Positions 41,196 through 51,846 of a DNA stretch of 64,000 nucleotides are shown in pieces; positions within the stretch are counted from its first letter, which is position 1; every line of letters begins with the position of its first letter. Source of the stretch: an uncultured Gemmatimonadaceae bacterium (lineage in GTDB: Bacteria > Gemmatimonadota > Gemmatimonadetes > Gemmatimonadales > Gemmatimonadaceae). A program made the translations under genes and the position numbers. A model generated the notes under the pieces. The model had not been told where the DNA came from. It did no database searches and worked only from the letters and a program-made list of their open reading frames with translations. The stretch covers positions 768,001 to 832,000 of the forward strand of contig CAWGJO010000020.1 of NCBI GenBank assembly GCA_963822945.1. Direction: 5' to 3'.

Positions 41196-42134
41196 TCAGG
41201 ATGCGGTGGCCGCCGCTCCAGTGGAGAGGGCCTGAATCTCCGCGGCCGACGCACGGAGTGCCCAGGGCAGACCGCGGCGCTCCACGGCTCCGGCAGCCAT
41301 GCGGGCGCCGACGTAGTACCCGCTGCGCTCGGGGAGTACGTGCCGGCCGGCCATGCGGGCATCATCGCTCATTCCGTCTGAGAGATAGCGGAGGCGGAGC
41401 CCCAGAGCCGCTCGATCGAGGTCGGACGCGATGGCTTGCTGAATGACGGGTTCCATCTCGCGAATGCGCGCGTACTGACGCCGGACGTACCCGAAGTATT
41501 CCCAGACGGCATGACCGGGGCTGACCAACTGGGAGGCGTGGACCGCCAGACCTTCGTTGATCAGGAGTTCACGAAGAGATACCGTCCGCCCGGTGTTCCA
41601 GTACGAGTAATAGCCGGACCGTTCGACCACCCCATGAACCTCCGATCGACTGGTGGGCGACGTGTAGCGGACTACGTGCGCCACTTCGTGGGCCAGCCAC
41701 AGGGGCATCAATTCCGGATCGAGACCGAGGCCGAAGGTGTCCGGGTTGGTGACCCCGGTGAAATGCTCGAGGCAGACGAAAGCCGTGCCCCGGTGATCCA
41801 CCACAAGTTCGCCCGCGTTTGCGCCGCCGACACCTACCATGAGGACGATATCGAAATCGACATCGACCTGAAACGCGCGCGCGCAACGTTCCTCCACCTG
41901 GCGCGCCAGGGTGACGACGTCGGTTCGCTCGAGCATCGACCGGAGATCGCTGCGGTCAGCCGCTACGACGCCACGAAGGATGTCGAGGAAATGTGGGCCG
42001 TCGGGGGGGATGACGTAGTTGTTCCAGTAGCCATCGAGGACCCGGCGGTGGGCTGAGAGATAGCGCTGATATGCGGCGAGAGGATCCGTGCTGTCGAGAA
42101 CTGCGAAAAAGTCTGGCAGCAGGTTGATGAGCAT
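41196..42134 (-). CDS. Putative zinc metallopeptidase (DUF2268-like, gluzincin type)
   Basis: HEVAH followed by NEGLA and a C-terminal GYYVG. Confidence 0.7.
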   Translation of the reverse strand: MLINLLPDFFAVLDSTDPLAAYQRYLSAHRRVLDGYWNNYVIPPDGPHFLDILRGVVAADRSDLRSMLERTDVVTLARQVEERCARAFQVDVDFDIVLMVGVGGANAGELVVDHRGTAFVCLEHFTGVTNPDTFGLGLDPELMPLWLAHEVAHVVRYTSPTSRSEVHGVVERSGYYSYWNTGRTVSLRELLINEGLAVHASQLVSPGHAVWEYFGYVRRQYARIREMEPVIQQAIASDLDRAALGLRLRYLSDGMSDDARMAGRHVLPERSGYYVGARMAAGAVERRGLPWALRASAAEIQALSTGAAATAS

Positions 42135-42241
42135 TCAGCCGGTCTGGAGAAGGCGTCGCGGGGACAGCGCGGACGCGGAATCATACAGAGCAGACCAGAG
42201 GTGAACAAGAGTGCAACAGGCGGGCGCGAAAAATGCGCGCA

Positions 42242-42889
42242 TCATTTCGTGCCGAAAAGCCGGTCACCGGCGTCACCGAGGCCGGGAAGGATGTAGCCGT
42301 GTTCGTTGAGCTGGCGATCGAGCGAGGCACAGAACACCAGGACGTCGGGATGAGACGCCGCCAGGCGGCGCACGCCTTCCGGCGCCGCGACGAGGCACAG
42401 GAACCGGATGCGCATAGCGCCCGCGCGCTTGAGTGACGCGACGGCAGCAACCGCACTGCCGCCGGTGGCGAGCATCGGGTCGAGCAGAAAGAAATCCCGC
42501 TCGGCAGCGTCGCTGGGAACCTTGAAGTAATAGTCCACCGGCTTCAGCGTGTCGTGATCGCGATAGAGGCCGATATGACCGACGCGCGCTGAAGGCACGA
42601 GGCGGCAGATACCCTCGACCATGCCGAGCCCGGCTCGAAGAATCGGGACGAGCGTCAGCTTCTTGCCCATGACGCGCTGACCGGTGGTGCTCTCCAATGG
42701 AGTCTCGACGGGGGCCGGTTCGAGCGGTAGGTCGGCCGTGGCTTCATAGGCCATCAAGGTTGCGATCTCGTCCACCAGCTCCTTGAAGATCTTGGTCGGA
42801 GTGGCGAGGTCGCGAAGCAGGGTCAACTTGTGCTGAACCAACGGGTGATCCACCACGCGCAACGTGGGGAAGTCGGGGGTGGTGTGCAT
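42242..42889 (-). CDS. upp: Uracil phosphoribosyltransferase
   Basis: [41 protein letters not shown]. Confidence 0.97.
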   Translation of the reverse strand: MHTTPDFPTLRVVDHPLVQHKLTLLRDLATPTKIFKELVDEIATLMAYEATADLPLEPAPVETPLESTTGQRVMGKKLTLVPILRAGLGMVEGICRLVPSARVGHIGLYRDHDTLKPVDYYFKVPSDAAERDFFLLDPMLATGGSAVAAVASLKRAGAMRIRFLCLVAAPEGVRRLAASHPDVLVFCASLDRQLNEHGYILPGLGDAGDRLFGTK

Positions 42890-42916
42890 GGCGCGCAAGG
42901 TACTATCTTCGCCGGC

Positions 42917-43093
42917 ATGAAAGAATACCAGGCGGTCGTCGTGCGCCTGACGCGACACGTGCGGGATGACGAGGACACCTTGACCGACCTGCTGAACGAA
43001 CGCAGTCGGTCGGGATGGGAGCCGGCGATGATCTCGCAGGATGGTGAACGGCTGACCGTGGTGTTCCAACGACCGAGCGATCGGGAATCGTGA
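42917..43093 (+). CDS. Small protein (58 aa), DUF4177-like
   Basis: MKEYQAVVV...LLNE..RSGWE.......VFQRP pattern; ends immediately before the next gene. Confidence 0.7.
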   Translation: MKEYQAVVVRLTRHVRDDEDTLTDLLNERSRSGWEPAMISQDGERLTVVFQRPSDRES

Positions 43094-43094
43094 C

Positions 43095-44477
43095 GTGAAG
43101 GTCACGGTCCGTGGCGCCGCTCGCGAAGTCACGGGGTCGTGCCACCTGCTGGAGGTCGGCAAACGCACTGTTGCTCTGGACTGCGGGCTCTTCCAGGGGC
43201 ATCGCGGCGAGAGCAATCGGAAGAACGTCGCACTGCCGCTTCCAGTTGAACAGATCGATGCAATCGTGCTGTCGCACGCGCACATCGACCATTCCGGCCG
43301 GCTGCCATATCTGGTTCGCAAAGGCTATTCAAAAGTGGTGTGGACAACGCCCGCCACCAGAGACCTGTGCTCCTTGATGCTCGCGGACTCCGCTCACATA
43401 CAGAAGAAGGACGCTGAGTTCCTCAAGCGTCACCATCGGAGCTATATAGAGCCACTATATGATCAGGACGATGTTTCCCGTCTACTGGAACTGATGCAGA
43501 CGGTGCCGTACGGGCGGTCGTTCGAGGTAATTCCAGGCGTCGAGGGGCGCTTTCTCGATGCCGGACACATTCTCGGGTCTGCCATCACGGTGCTGGATTG
43601 TCGAGAAAACCGGGTCCGCCGCCGCCTTGTGTATACCGGAGACCTGGGACGCACCGGGCAGCCCATCATCCGGGATCCGCAGATACCGGACCTGGTGGAT
43701 CATGTCCTTCTCGAATCCACATACGGCAACCGGATTCATCCGAAAACGGGAGACATGCGAAAGGAGTTGGGTGCAATCGTACGAGCAACGGCAAGCCGGG
43801 GTGGGCGGGTGCTCATTCCGGCATTTGCGGTGGGACGAACCCAGGAGATCATCTACGATCTCCACGTACTTCTGCAGGAAGGTGGGATACCGGAGATCCC
43901 GATCTACGTGGACAGCCCGCTCGCGATCGATGTCACCGGCGTATTCGCGATGCATCGCGAGGTCTTCGATCGCACGGAGGCATTGGTGAACGAGAGCCCC
44001 CGGTTGTTCAGCTTCCCGCTGGTCCGATACACCCGGGATGTCGAGGAATCGAAAGCGCTCAACGCCCTGAAGACACCGGCCGTGATCATTGCCGCATCAG
44101 GGATGGCGGAATCCGGACGCATCCTGCACCATCTGGCGCACGGAGCTCCGGATTCGCGCAATACCATTCTCATCGTCGGATTCCAGGCGGAGCATACCCT
44201 GGGGCGGCGGATCGTCGAACGTCGGCCCGAGCTGCGAATCCTGGGAGACGACGTACCCCTCCGCGCGGAAGTCCAGGTCCTGAACGGCTACAGCGCGCAC
44301 GCGGACCGCGACGAGATGGTTCGATGGCTGACGGCGACGACGAACGCTTCGCGCCACCGGCCGGCGGTGACGCTGGTGCATGGGGAACCGGAAGTGCAGG
44401 ACGACTTCGCCGCGACACTGCGGGGACTGGGGTACGAGACCACGGTACCGGCGTTCGGCGAAAGCGTAACGATCTAA
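43095..44477 (+). CDS. MBL-fold beta-CASP ribonuclease
   Basis: [50 protein letters not shown]. Confidence 0.95.
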   Translation: MKVTVRGAAREVTGSCHLLEVGKRTVALDCGLFQGHRGESNRKNVALPLPVEQIDAIVLSHAHIDHSGRLPYLVRKGYSKVVWTTPATRDLCSLMLADSAHIQKKDAEFLKRHHRSYIEPLYDQDDVSRLLELMQTVPYGRSFEVIPGVEGRFLDAGHILGSAITVLDCRENRVRRRLVYTGDLGRTGQPIIRDPQIPDLVDHVLLESTYGNRIHPKTGDMRKELGAIVRATASRGGRVLIPAFAVGRTQEIIYDLHVLLQEGGIPEIPIYVDSPLAIDVTGVFAMHREVFDRTEALVNESPRLFSFPLVRYTRDVEESKALNALKTPAVIIAASGMAESGRILHHLAHGAPDSRNTILIVGFQAEHTLGRRIVERRPELRILGDDVPLRAEVQVLNGYSAHADRDEMVRWLTATTNASRHRPAVTLVHGEPEVQDDFAATLRGLGYETTVPAFGESVTI

Positions 44478-44479
44478 TC

Positions 44480-45073
44480 GTGTCGCGATCGACGCAGGGA
44501 TCCGGCAATGCCGGCCAGGCCGGCGAGGCGCGCGAGCGGATTCTCGAGATCGCGCGCGAGGAAGTCAGCCGGGGGGGCTGGGCGGCCGCAACCTCGGGCC
44601 GGGTGGCGCAGCGGGCGGGAGTGAGCAAGGCGCTGATCCATTATCACTTTCAGGACAAGGAGTCGCTTCTGAGAGCCGTCGCCGTCCAATGCCGCGACGG
44701 AGTCGTCAAAAGAGGCTCACGGACCATGGCGCCGGTTCGGCATGCAAATCCGGTTGATGGATTCGCCGACTGGCTGGAGTCGGAACTGTCGGCGCGAGAC
44801 CTGCGCATCGCTCTCCAGTTGAAAGCATCCGGAATTCCCGGCGTGGCGCGTGCTGCCGATGAGGCAGTGGCCGCTGTCCGTGTGGAGCTGGCGCAACGGG
44901 TAGACACCGTGTTCAGGGTCCTGGGGGTGGCACCGACCATTCCGTCGGACTCAATAGGCGACTTGCTGATGGCGGTGGCTACAGGCCTTGCGCTGGTACC
45001 GACCGAACCCGTCGCGCGGCGGCGCCGAATGGTGGAGAGTGTGTGGTTGGGTTTGCTCTCGGCGAGCGATTAG
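44480..45073 (+). CDS. TetR-family transcriptional regulator
   Basis: RERILE.A......G...AT...VA.RAGVSKALIHYHF.DKE.L. Confidence 0.88.
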   Translation: MSRSTQGSGNAGQAGEARERILEIAREEVSRGGWAAATSGRVAQRAGVSKALIHYHFQDKESLLRAVAVQCRDGVVKRGSRTMAPVRHANPVDGFADWLESELSARDLRIALQLKASGIPGVARAADEAVAAVRVELAQRVDTVFRVLGVAPTIPSDSIGDLLMAVATGLALVPTEPVARRRRMVESVWLGLLSASD

Positions 45074-45122
45074 AGGTCCGGTCACTTCCCGGGGCCGGGA
45101 CGCTGCCACTAGCTTGTCGCAG

Positions 45123-45737
45123 ATGCAGCCGAGGCGCCCCTCTCCCTGGAAACGTGGTTCCGCTGTCCTAGTGACCGCCCTGGGGGTGGGATGGATCATC
45201 TCACTGGCTCTCGTGGTGGTCTGGGGGCGGCGCGACACCGCGCATCATGCGGGGGCAATCGTAGTACTCGGGGCAGCGCAATACGTGGGCCATCCGTCGC
45301 CGGTTCTGCGCGCACGCTTGGAGCACGCGGTTGCTCTATGGCGGCAGGGGCTGGCGCCGCGGATGGTGCTCACCGGCGGCACTGGAGAAGGTGATACCAC
45401 CAGCGAAGCAGCCGTGAGCCGGCATTTTGTGGTTGAGCAGGGCGTTCCGGACTCTGCGATCCTGCTGGAAGCCAAGGGACGCACGACGTCGGAGTCGCTC
45501 CGCGCAGTTGCCGCGATGATGAAGGCGCAGCGGTCAGATACGGTGATTCTGGTGAGCGACCCGTTCCATATGTTGCGTCTGACGATCCTGGCGCGGCGAT
45601 TCGGACTCGTGGCGTTGCTCTCGCCAACGGCCACGAGTCCGATATCAGATAGTTGGAAAGAACGGTGGGAATACCGGATGAGCGAATCGCTCAAGGTGCC
45701 ACTGGCATTCCTGACCACTCGCTCCGGTATCGATTAG
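45123..45737 (+). CDS. YdcF/DUF218 family membrane-anchored protein
   Basis: AIVVLGA, L..RL, TGG.G, SEA, E...RTT.ES, VSDPFHMLR. Confidence 0.9.
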   Translation: MQPRRPSPWKRGSAVLVTALGVGWIISLALVVVWGRRDTAHHAGAIVVLGAAQYVGHPSPVLRARLEHAVALWRQGLAPRMVLTGGTGEGDTTSEAAVSRHFVVEQGVPDSAILLEAKGRTTSESLRAVAAMMKAQRSDTVILVSDPFHMLRLTILARRFGLVALLSPTATSPISDSWKERWEYRMSESLKVPLAFLTTRSGID

Positions 45738-45832
45738 TAGCATATCGACACCAAATCCGATTCTGCAGCCCCCGGGGTCACGACGTGATGGCGGGGGTTC
45801 CTGTGGTGTAAACAGGGGGACAATTTCCACGA

Positions 45833-47146
45833 ATGCAAATCCCGATTGAGACATTCCGGCTTGCGAACGGGCTACTGGTGACGCTGTCCGAAGACCATAC
45901 GGCGCCGATCGTGGGTGTGAATCTCTGGTACCATGTGGGCTCCGCCAACGAACGGGCAGGACGTACGGGATTCGCCCATCTCTTCGAGCACATGTTGTTC
46001 CAGGGCTCGGCGGATGTGGGCGCCAATGAGCACTTCGAACTCATTCAGCGAGCGGGTGGGACGCTGAACGGCTCGACGTGGCTGGATCGGACGAACTACT
46101 TCGAGGTCGTGCCATCCAACCAGACGGAACTGGTGATGTGGCTGGAAGCGAATCGCATGGGGAAGCTGCTGCCCGCGATGACCCAGGAGAAGCTCGATAC
46201 CCAACGCGACGTCGTAAAGAACGAACGGCGTTGGTCAGTGGACAATCAACCCTACGGAACGTGGTGGGAACGGCTGCCGGCGCTGTGCTTTCCGGCGGGC
46301 CATCCGTTTCACCATTCTCTGATCGGATCGATGCAGGACCTGTCGCAGGCGAGTCTCGACGACATCGCGGAGTTCTTCCGGACCTACTATACGCCCGACA
46401 ATGCCGTGCTCTCGATTGCCGGCGATTTCGAACCGTCCATAGTGCGGGTGTGGGTGGAGAAGTACTTCGGCGAGATCCCTCGTGGGCCCGGAAACGCCAA
46501 CCGGCCCTCCATGGAAGTAGCGCCGATATTCGGCGGATGGCTCCGCGAAGAGGTACAGGACGACGTGGCACTGCCGCGGCTGTTCATGGCGTTCCGGTCG
46601 CCCGTGTTCGGCAGCGATGACTACTACCCGGCGAGCATCTGCGGAGCGGTGTTGGGCTTGCGCAACGGAAGCCGGCTGTACCGGCGTCTGGTGCGGGAGC
46701 AAGAAATTGCCGCCGAGGCGACCGCCTTCACGTTCGACCTGCCGAAGGGGAGCGATCTGCTCGTACTCGACGTGACTGCGCGTCCCGAGGTCTCCCCGGA
46801 CGCACTGCACGATGCGGTGGCGGCCGAGGTGGACACGCTGCGCCGTGAAGGGGTAACGGCAGCCGAAGTATCTCGCGCGGCAGCGTTGATCGAAACCGAA
46901 TTGGTAGGTGCTCTGCAGTCCGCCGGTGATCGCGCCGACCGCCTTTCGATGTTCGCCACGTACTTTGGGCGGCCGGAACTGCTGAACGAACAGATGTCGC
47001 GCTATCAGCAGGTCACGCCGGACACCGTGAACGCCTTCATTCAGGAACGGCTGGGTGAGGACAACCGGGCGAGTCTGCTGTACGTACCCCGCGGCGCGGA
47101 TGAAGCGGCCACCCCGGACGATGCTGAAGTGGAGGAACTCCGATGA
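45833..47146 (+). CDS. M16 zinc peptidase catalytic subunit, cytoplasmic
   Basis: GFAHLFEHMLFQGS, NGST..DRTNY, VVKNERR; no signal peptide. Confidence 0.93.
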   Translation: MQIPIETFRLANGLLVTLSEDHTAPIVGVNLWYHVGSANERAGRTGFAHLFEHMLFQGSADVGANEHFELIQRAGGTLNGSTWLDRTNYFEVVPSNQTELVMWLEANRMGKLLPAMTQEKLDTQRDVVKNERRWSVDNQPYGTWWERLPALCFPAGHPFHHSLIGSMQDLSQASLDDIAEFFRTYYTPDNAVLSIAGDFEPSIVRVWVEKYFGEIPRGPGNANRPSMEVAPIFGGWLREEVQDDVALPRLFMAFRSPVFGSDDYYPASICGAVLGLRNGSRLYRRLVREQEIAAEATAFTFDLPKGSDLLVLDVTARPEVSPDALHDAVAAEVDTLRREGVTAAEVSRAAALIETELVGALQSAGDRADRLSMFATYFGRPELLNEQMSRYQQVTPDTVNAFIQERLGEDNRASLLYVPRGADEAATPDDAEVEELR

Positions 47147-48519
47147 CTGCCGGTGCACCCGTTCGTCCCGCCGCCGGCACTGCCCGGCCCTACCACTTTC
47201 CTGCATTCGAGCGCCGGCGGCTCAAGAGTGGAGTGGAACTGATCACCGCTCCCGTCAGAAAGCTCCCGATGGTGTCGATCGTCGCCCAGCTGGATGCGGG
47301 TGCCACATGCGATCCGGCCGGTCGCGAGGGGTTGGCCATCCTGACCGCGAAGCTGCTGATGGAGGGAACTGCGACGTCCGACGGAGCAGCGCTCGTGGAC
47401 GCGTTCGAACAACTCGGCGCGACCGTGGACGTAAGTGCCGGATGGGACAGCGCTTCGGTACAGCTGTCCGTACTGCGCGGAAAGGCCGCCGCTGCGCTGC
47501 AATTGCTGAGCGACGTGCTGCGCACCCCAGCCTTCCGCGATCGTGACGTGGCGCGGCTCAAGGCGGAACGACAGGGAGAGCGCATGCAGATGCGGACCGA
47601 ACCACGGGAACTGGCGGACGAGTCGTTCGAGCACTTTCTGTACGCAGCACAGTCTCGATACTCACGCAGCGATGCGGGGAGCGCACGCTCGATCGGCAGC
47701 ATACAGCGCGACGACCTGCTGACGTTCTACCGCGCGCAGTACGTCCCGGCGAGAATGACGCTGATCATGGCGGGCGACATCGACCACGATGAAGCCGCGA
47801 CGATGGCGGAGAACGCCTTCGCGGGGTGGAGCGGTGACCCGACCGAAACCCCGACCATATCCGAGCAACCGGCAAGCCGCGCGTCGCGCATTCGGATCGT
47901 CGCCAAGTCGGACGCACCGCAGTCGGAACTGCGCATCGGGCACCTCGGCGTTCCGCGCCAGCATCCCGATTACTTCAAGCTGGTGGTGATGAACGCAGTA
48001 CTGGGCGGGCTGTTCTCGTCGCGCATCAACCTCAACCTCCGCGAGCGGCACGGATACGCCTACGGCGCCAGGTCGGCATTCGACTGGCGGCGGGGAACCG
48101 GCCCGTTCGTGGTTTCGACGGCGGTAGAGAGCCGAGTGAGCGCTGATGCGACGCGCGAAGTCGTGGCCGAGATCGAGGCGATTCGAAAGGCACCGATCAG
48201 CCCTGACGAGTTGAGCCTGGCGACGAGTTTTCTGGAAGGCGTCTTTCCCATTCGGTTCGAGACGACGATGGCGATCGCCAACGCACTTGCCAACCTCGTC
48301 ACCTACGAATATCCGGCGGATTACTTCGATACGTACCGACAGAACATCGGCGCCGTTACCACGGCAGACGTGCTCGAGGCAGCGCAGCGGCACCTGCATC
48401 CGGAGCAACTCCTGGTACTTGCCGTGGGTGATCCGGACGTCATCGAACGCCCACTCGAAGCGCTCGGGCTGGGACCGGTGGCCGTCGCGCAACCCGATGA
48501 CGTCGAGCCAGGCGCATGA
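47143..48519 (+). CDS. M16 peptidase non-catalytic subunit
   Basis: No HxxEH; LGG.FSSRINLNLRERHGYAYG; ATGA coupling. Confidence 0.9.
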   Translation: MTAGAPVRPAAGTARPYHFPAFERRRLKSGVELITAPVRKLPMVSIVAQLDAGATCDPAGREGLAILTAKLLMEGTATSDGAALVDAFEQLGATVDVSAGWDSASVQLSVLRGKAAAALQLLSDVLRTPAFRDRDVARLKAERQGERMQMRTEPRELADESFEHFLYAAQSRYSRSDAGSARSIGSIQRDDLLTFYRAQYVPARMTLIMAGDIDHDEAATMAENAFAGWSGDPTETPTISEQPASRASRIRIVAKSDAPQSELRIGHLGVPRQHPDYFKLVVMNAVLGGLFSSRINLNLRERHGYAYGARSAFDWRRGTGPFVVSTAVESRVSADATREVVAEIEAIRKAPISPDELSLATSFLEGVFPIRFETTMAIANALANLVTYEYPADYFDTYRQNIGAVTTADVLEAAQRHLHPEQLLVLAVGDPDVIERPLEALGLGPVAVAQPDDVEPGA

Positions 48520-49106
48520 GCAAGGCGCCCGGTGACAACACGCGCACGGGAAAGGCGGCAACGCGTCGCGTATACACAGGTCGTGTGATCAATCTGGACG
48601 TCGATACCGTACGCTTTCCCGACGGGAGCCTCGGGGAACTGGAAATGATCCGGCATCCCGGCGCGAGCGCCATCGTGCCGATTCTCGGAGAGCCGAACGC
48701 ACCGGATCCACAACTCGTCCTGATTCGCCAGTATCGATACGCCGCAGGCGGGTATCTGTACGAAATCCCGGCCGGCCGGCTGGATGCAGGAGAGTCCCCG
48801 GCCGACTGCGCAGCCCGCGAACTGACCGAAGAAACCGGATATCGAGCGGCGCAGATCGAGCACCTGTACACGATGTTCACAACCCCCGGCTTTACCGACG
48901 AGTGCATTCACGTCTTTCGGGCCACGCAATTGCGTGAGGGCGCGTCGGCGCGGGAGCCCGACGAATTCATGAGCATCGAACCCATGCCGTTGTCGCGAGC
49001 GATGGAACTGATCCGCACGGGTGAGATCAGCGACGCCAAGACCGCGCTGGCCATCCTGTATGCCGCGCAATTCGGCCTTTCGCCAAAGCAGACAACTGCC
49101 AACTAA
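48516..49106 (+). CDS. nudF: NUDIX hydrolase, ADP-ribose pyrophosphatase type
   Basis: IRQYRY, EIPAG.LD.GE....AARELTEETGY, TPGFTDE, DAKT. Confidence 0.85.
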   Translation: MSKAPGDNTRTGKAATRRVYTGRVINLDVDTVRFPDGSLGELEMIRHPGASAIVPILGEPNAPDPQLVLIRQYRYAAGGYLYEIPAGRLDAGESPADCAARELTEETGYRAAQIEHLYTMFTTPGFTDECIHVFRATQLREGASAREPDEFMSIEPMPLSRAMELIRTGEISDAKTALAILYAAQFGLSPKQTTAN

Positions 49107-49274
49107 CCATATTGAGGGTTAGCCAGAACGGTTCCTGAATTGTATACAGGAAGGGTCAGTTCTGGTGGTGTTGTCCATAATCGAGGACAAACAGACAGCC
49201 GCGCCGCAAGCGCGGCTTTTTTGTAACTCTATATATGGCAACGACATAAGAGAAGACAGGTGGAGTTCCATCGA

Positions 49275-49290
49275 CGGCATGCGACGTGCA
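49275..49290 (+). promoter_or_regulatory. Putative sigma54 promoter of the ECF sigma gene
   Basis: CGGCATGCGACGTGCA, GG-N10-GC spacing. Confidence 0.55.
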
Positions 49291-49376
49291 ATTCTCTCAT
49301 GTGCAATGCGGGAGGATCAGTGGAGCAGCGCTGGCTTCCCACGACACAGCGGTCACGTACGAAGAGGAGCACACCG

Positions 49377-50012
49377 ATGCCCGAACTCGCACTCAAGTAC
49401 CAAGCCCTCCGGAAGCCGTCGAGCCGAGAAGCGCTCCACGACGCCGACGATACGGTCGTAGTGCGAGCCTTCCTGGCGGGAGAGGAACGCGCCTTCCAGG
49501 AGCTGGTGGAGCGCTACCAGACCCGGTTGCTGAACTTCATCTATCGGACGATCGGGGATCGCGAACGCGCTGAGGACCTGGTGCAGGAAGTCTTCATTCG
49601 CGTCTATCGGCACATCCACCGGTTCGACACGTCCAAGAAGTTCTCGACGTGGATCTACACCATCGCCTCGAATCTGGCGAAGAACGAACTGCGGAATCGC
49701 TCACGCAATCCGTTGATTCTATTCCAGACGATCACGAACAATCGGGAAGAAGGGGAGCGTCCGCTTCAATTCGAGGACTTCACCAGCCGGCCGGACGATC
49801 TGTTCGAGAAGCGGCATCTCCGGCAGCTCGTCGAGGAGACAGTGGATCAGCTTCCCGAGCACCACCGGCAGGTGTTCGTGTTGCGCGAGATCGAGGGTAA
49901 GTCGTACGAAGAGATCGCGGAGATCACCGACTGCAATCTGGGAACGGTGAAATCACGGCTGAACCGGGCGCGCAATGCGTTCGCGGCGATCATCGAACCG
50001 ATGATTGGATAG
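49377..50012 (+). CDS. ECF RNA polymerase sigma factor
   Basis: AEDLVQEVF, FSTWIY.IA.N, SYEEIAEI....LGTVKSRLNRAR; GAGGAG RBS. Confidence 0.95.
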   Translation: MPELALKYQALRKPSSREALHDADDTVVVRAFLAGEERAFQELVERYQTRLLNFIYRTIGDRERAEDLVQEVFIRVYRHIHRFDTSKKFSTWIYTIASNLAKNELRNRSRNPLILFQTITNNREEGERPLQFEDFTSRPDDLFEKRHLRQLVEETVDQLPEHHRQVFVLREIEGKSYEEIAEITDCNLGTVKSRLNRARNAFAAIIEPMIG

Positions 50013-50193
50013 GCAATAACCGTCAATGCCGGCCACAGAGGTTATGCGGGCGGTCAGGTAACAAGGGAAATCGAGAATCGCGATGAGCGTCTCCGCAAAG
50101 GCGGAGGCGCTCATCGGCGCAGCGACGGGGTTGGGAACCGGCCTCGCGCTGCCGGGTATCCCGGGCAGAGTGTCCTCCGGCCCACCGGGATCC

Positions 50194-50745
50194 ATGAACT
50201 GTCGCACCTTCCGCAAATCGCACGTGGCTTTCGTAGACGGCCTGCTAGCCGAGAGGCGGTCCGCGAAGATGTACGCGCATCTGGACCGGTGCGACCGGTG
50301 TGCTCGGCTGGACACAGCGGTGCGACGGGGACTTCTGGTGGCTCGCAACCTGCCGCAGATCCAGCCTTCGGCCGACTTCATGTCCCGGCTGCAGATGCGA
50401 CTGCACACCCCGGATGCTCAATGGCCCGCGCGCCCGGCGGCAAAAGCGCCCCGCATCATGGTCAGGCTCGGTACGGCCGTCGCGGTAGCGGTCGGTGTGG
50501 TCTTCGTACTGTATTCGTGGAGCCAGCCGGCCCCGCTCCCTGTCGCGCCACACGACGCTGTAGTCGCGGAAGCACAGGCGGGACGCAATATTCCGCGCCG
50601 CGCCCAACCCGCGGCGAGCAGCTCGGGATTGGAGGGATCGCTCGCGACCACGGTGCCTGCGTTGTTTCCCGGTGTGGCGGCCGGTGAGTCTGGGGCGCCG
50701 CAGCTGATCGACGCCGCAGCGCACGTACCCAGCCTCTCTCCATAG
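50194..50745 (+). CDS. Zinc-binding (ZAS) anti-sigma factor
   Basis: MNC...H...DG, HLDRCDRC (HxxxCxxC), single TM segment; downstream of the ECF gene. Confidence 0.85.
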   Translation: MNCRTFRKSHVAFVDGLLAERRSAKMYAHLDRCDRCARLDTAVRRGLLVARNLPQIQPSADFMSRLQMRLHTPDAQWPARPAAKAPRIMVRLGTAVAVAVGVVFVLYSWSQPAPLPVAPHDAVVAEAQAGRNIPRRAQPAASSSGLEGSLATTVPALFPGVAAGESGAPQLIDAAAHVPSLSP

Positions 50746-50790
50746 CCACGGAGCCCGGCCGACCCGGCGTAGAGGCCGTATATTCCCGGC

Positions 50791-51846
50791 ATGGCGAAGG
50801 CTGCGGACCACCGGGCATTCAAAGCGGCACTCCAAGACCGCCGATTCGATCCCGCCTACTACCTGTACGGCGAGGACGAGTTTCTCAAGGAAACCGCCGT
50901 TCGCCAACTACTGGCGGTGGCCGTCGATCCGACCGTGCAGGCTTTCAATCTGGACCAGCGGAGGGGCGGCGAGCTTCAGGGCGAAGAGCTGGGCGTTCTC
51001 CTCGGAACACCACCAATGATGGCCGAGCGCCGAGTGGTGGTGATTCGTGATGTGGGAGCGCTGCGCAAGGATGCACGAAGCGCGCTCGACCGGTACCTCC
51101 AGGCGCCGTCCCCCGATGCGGTGTTGGTACTCGTGACGACCGGCGGGGAGAAACCGGATAAGAAGCTCACCGATCGGGCGACGGCGGTGGAATACGCCGC
51201 CCTGAGCGGTACGCAACTGCCGAAATGGATCGAGCGCCAAGTGGGAGAGAGCAGCGAAGGCGCCGCGATTACCAAAGAAGCCATCTCGCTGCTCCAGGAC
51301 GTGGCGGGCTCCGATCTGGCTCTGCTCGGCCTCGAAATCGAAAAGTTGCTGAGTTATACGAATGGTGGGACGATTACCGAGGAAGCCGTCACCGCGGTTG
51401 TGGGTGTACGGCGCGAGGAAACACTCGGGCATCTTCTGGACGCAATAGCCCAACGAGATGCATCCACGGCGCTCGCGGCGTTGCCCCTGGTGCTCCAGCA
51501 GCCGAAAACCTCTGCGGTCACGATCGTAATGGCGCTGACGGTGCAGATGCTGGCACTGGCCTGGGGGCAGGCACGGGGCCTTCATCCGGCACGCCTGTCC
51601 AAGGAATACTTCTCGCTGCTGAAGGAAGCCGGGGGGCTCTACACCGGGCGCGCGTGGGGAGAAGCGGTGTCTGCCTGGACGAAGTCGCTGGCACGCTGGA
51701 ACGAATCAGACCTCGACGACGCCCTGGCCGCACTGGTACGGGCCGACGAAGCACTCAAGGAATCACGATTGTCCACGGAGGAGCAACTGCTCTCCACTCT
51801 GATCCTGACACTATGTCGCAAACCGGCACGGCAGAAAGTCGCATGA
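50791..51846 (+). CDS. holA: DNA polymerase III delta subunit
   Basis: YYLYGEDEFL, PMMAERRVVV, G.DL..L..EIEKL..Y, D..LK. Confidence 0.92.
   Translation: MAKAADHRAFKAALQDRRFDPAYYLYGEDEFLKETAVRQLLAVAVDPTVQAFNLDQRRGGELQGEELGVLLGTPPMMAERRVVVIRDVGALRKDARSALDRYLQAPSPDAVLVLVTTGGEKPDKKLTDRATAVEYAALSGTQLPKWIERQVGESSEGAAITKEAISLLQDVAGSDLALLGLEIEKLLSYTNGGTITEEAVTAVVGVRREETLGHLLDAIAQRDASTALAALPLVLQQPKTSAVTIVMALTVQMLALAWGQARGLHPARLSKEYFSLLKEAGGLYTGRAWGEAVSAWTKSLARWNESDLDDALAALVRADEALKESRLSTEEQLLSTLILTLCRKPARQKVA

Noticed and set aside
43095..44477. beta-CASP nuclease with TetR as an anti-phage system
   Set aside because: It resembles the widespread housekeeping MBL RNase, with host-like composition and no defence-gene context.
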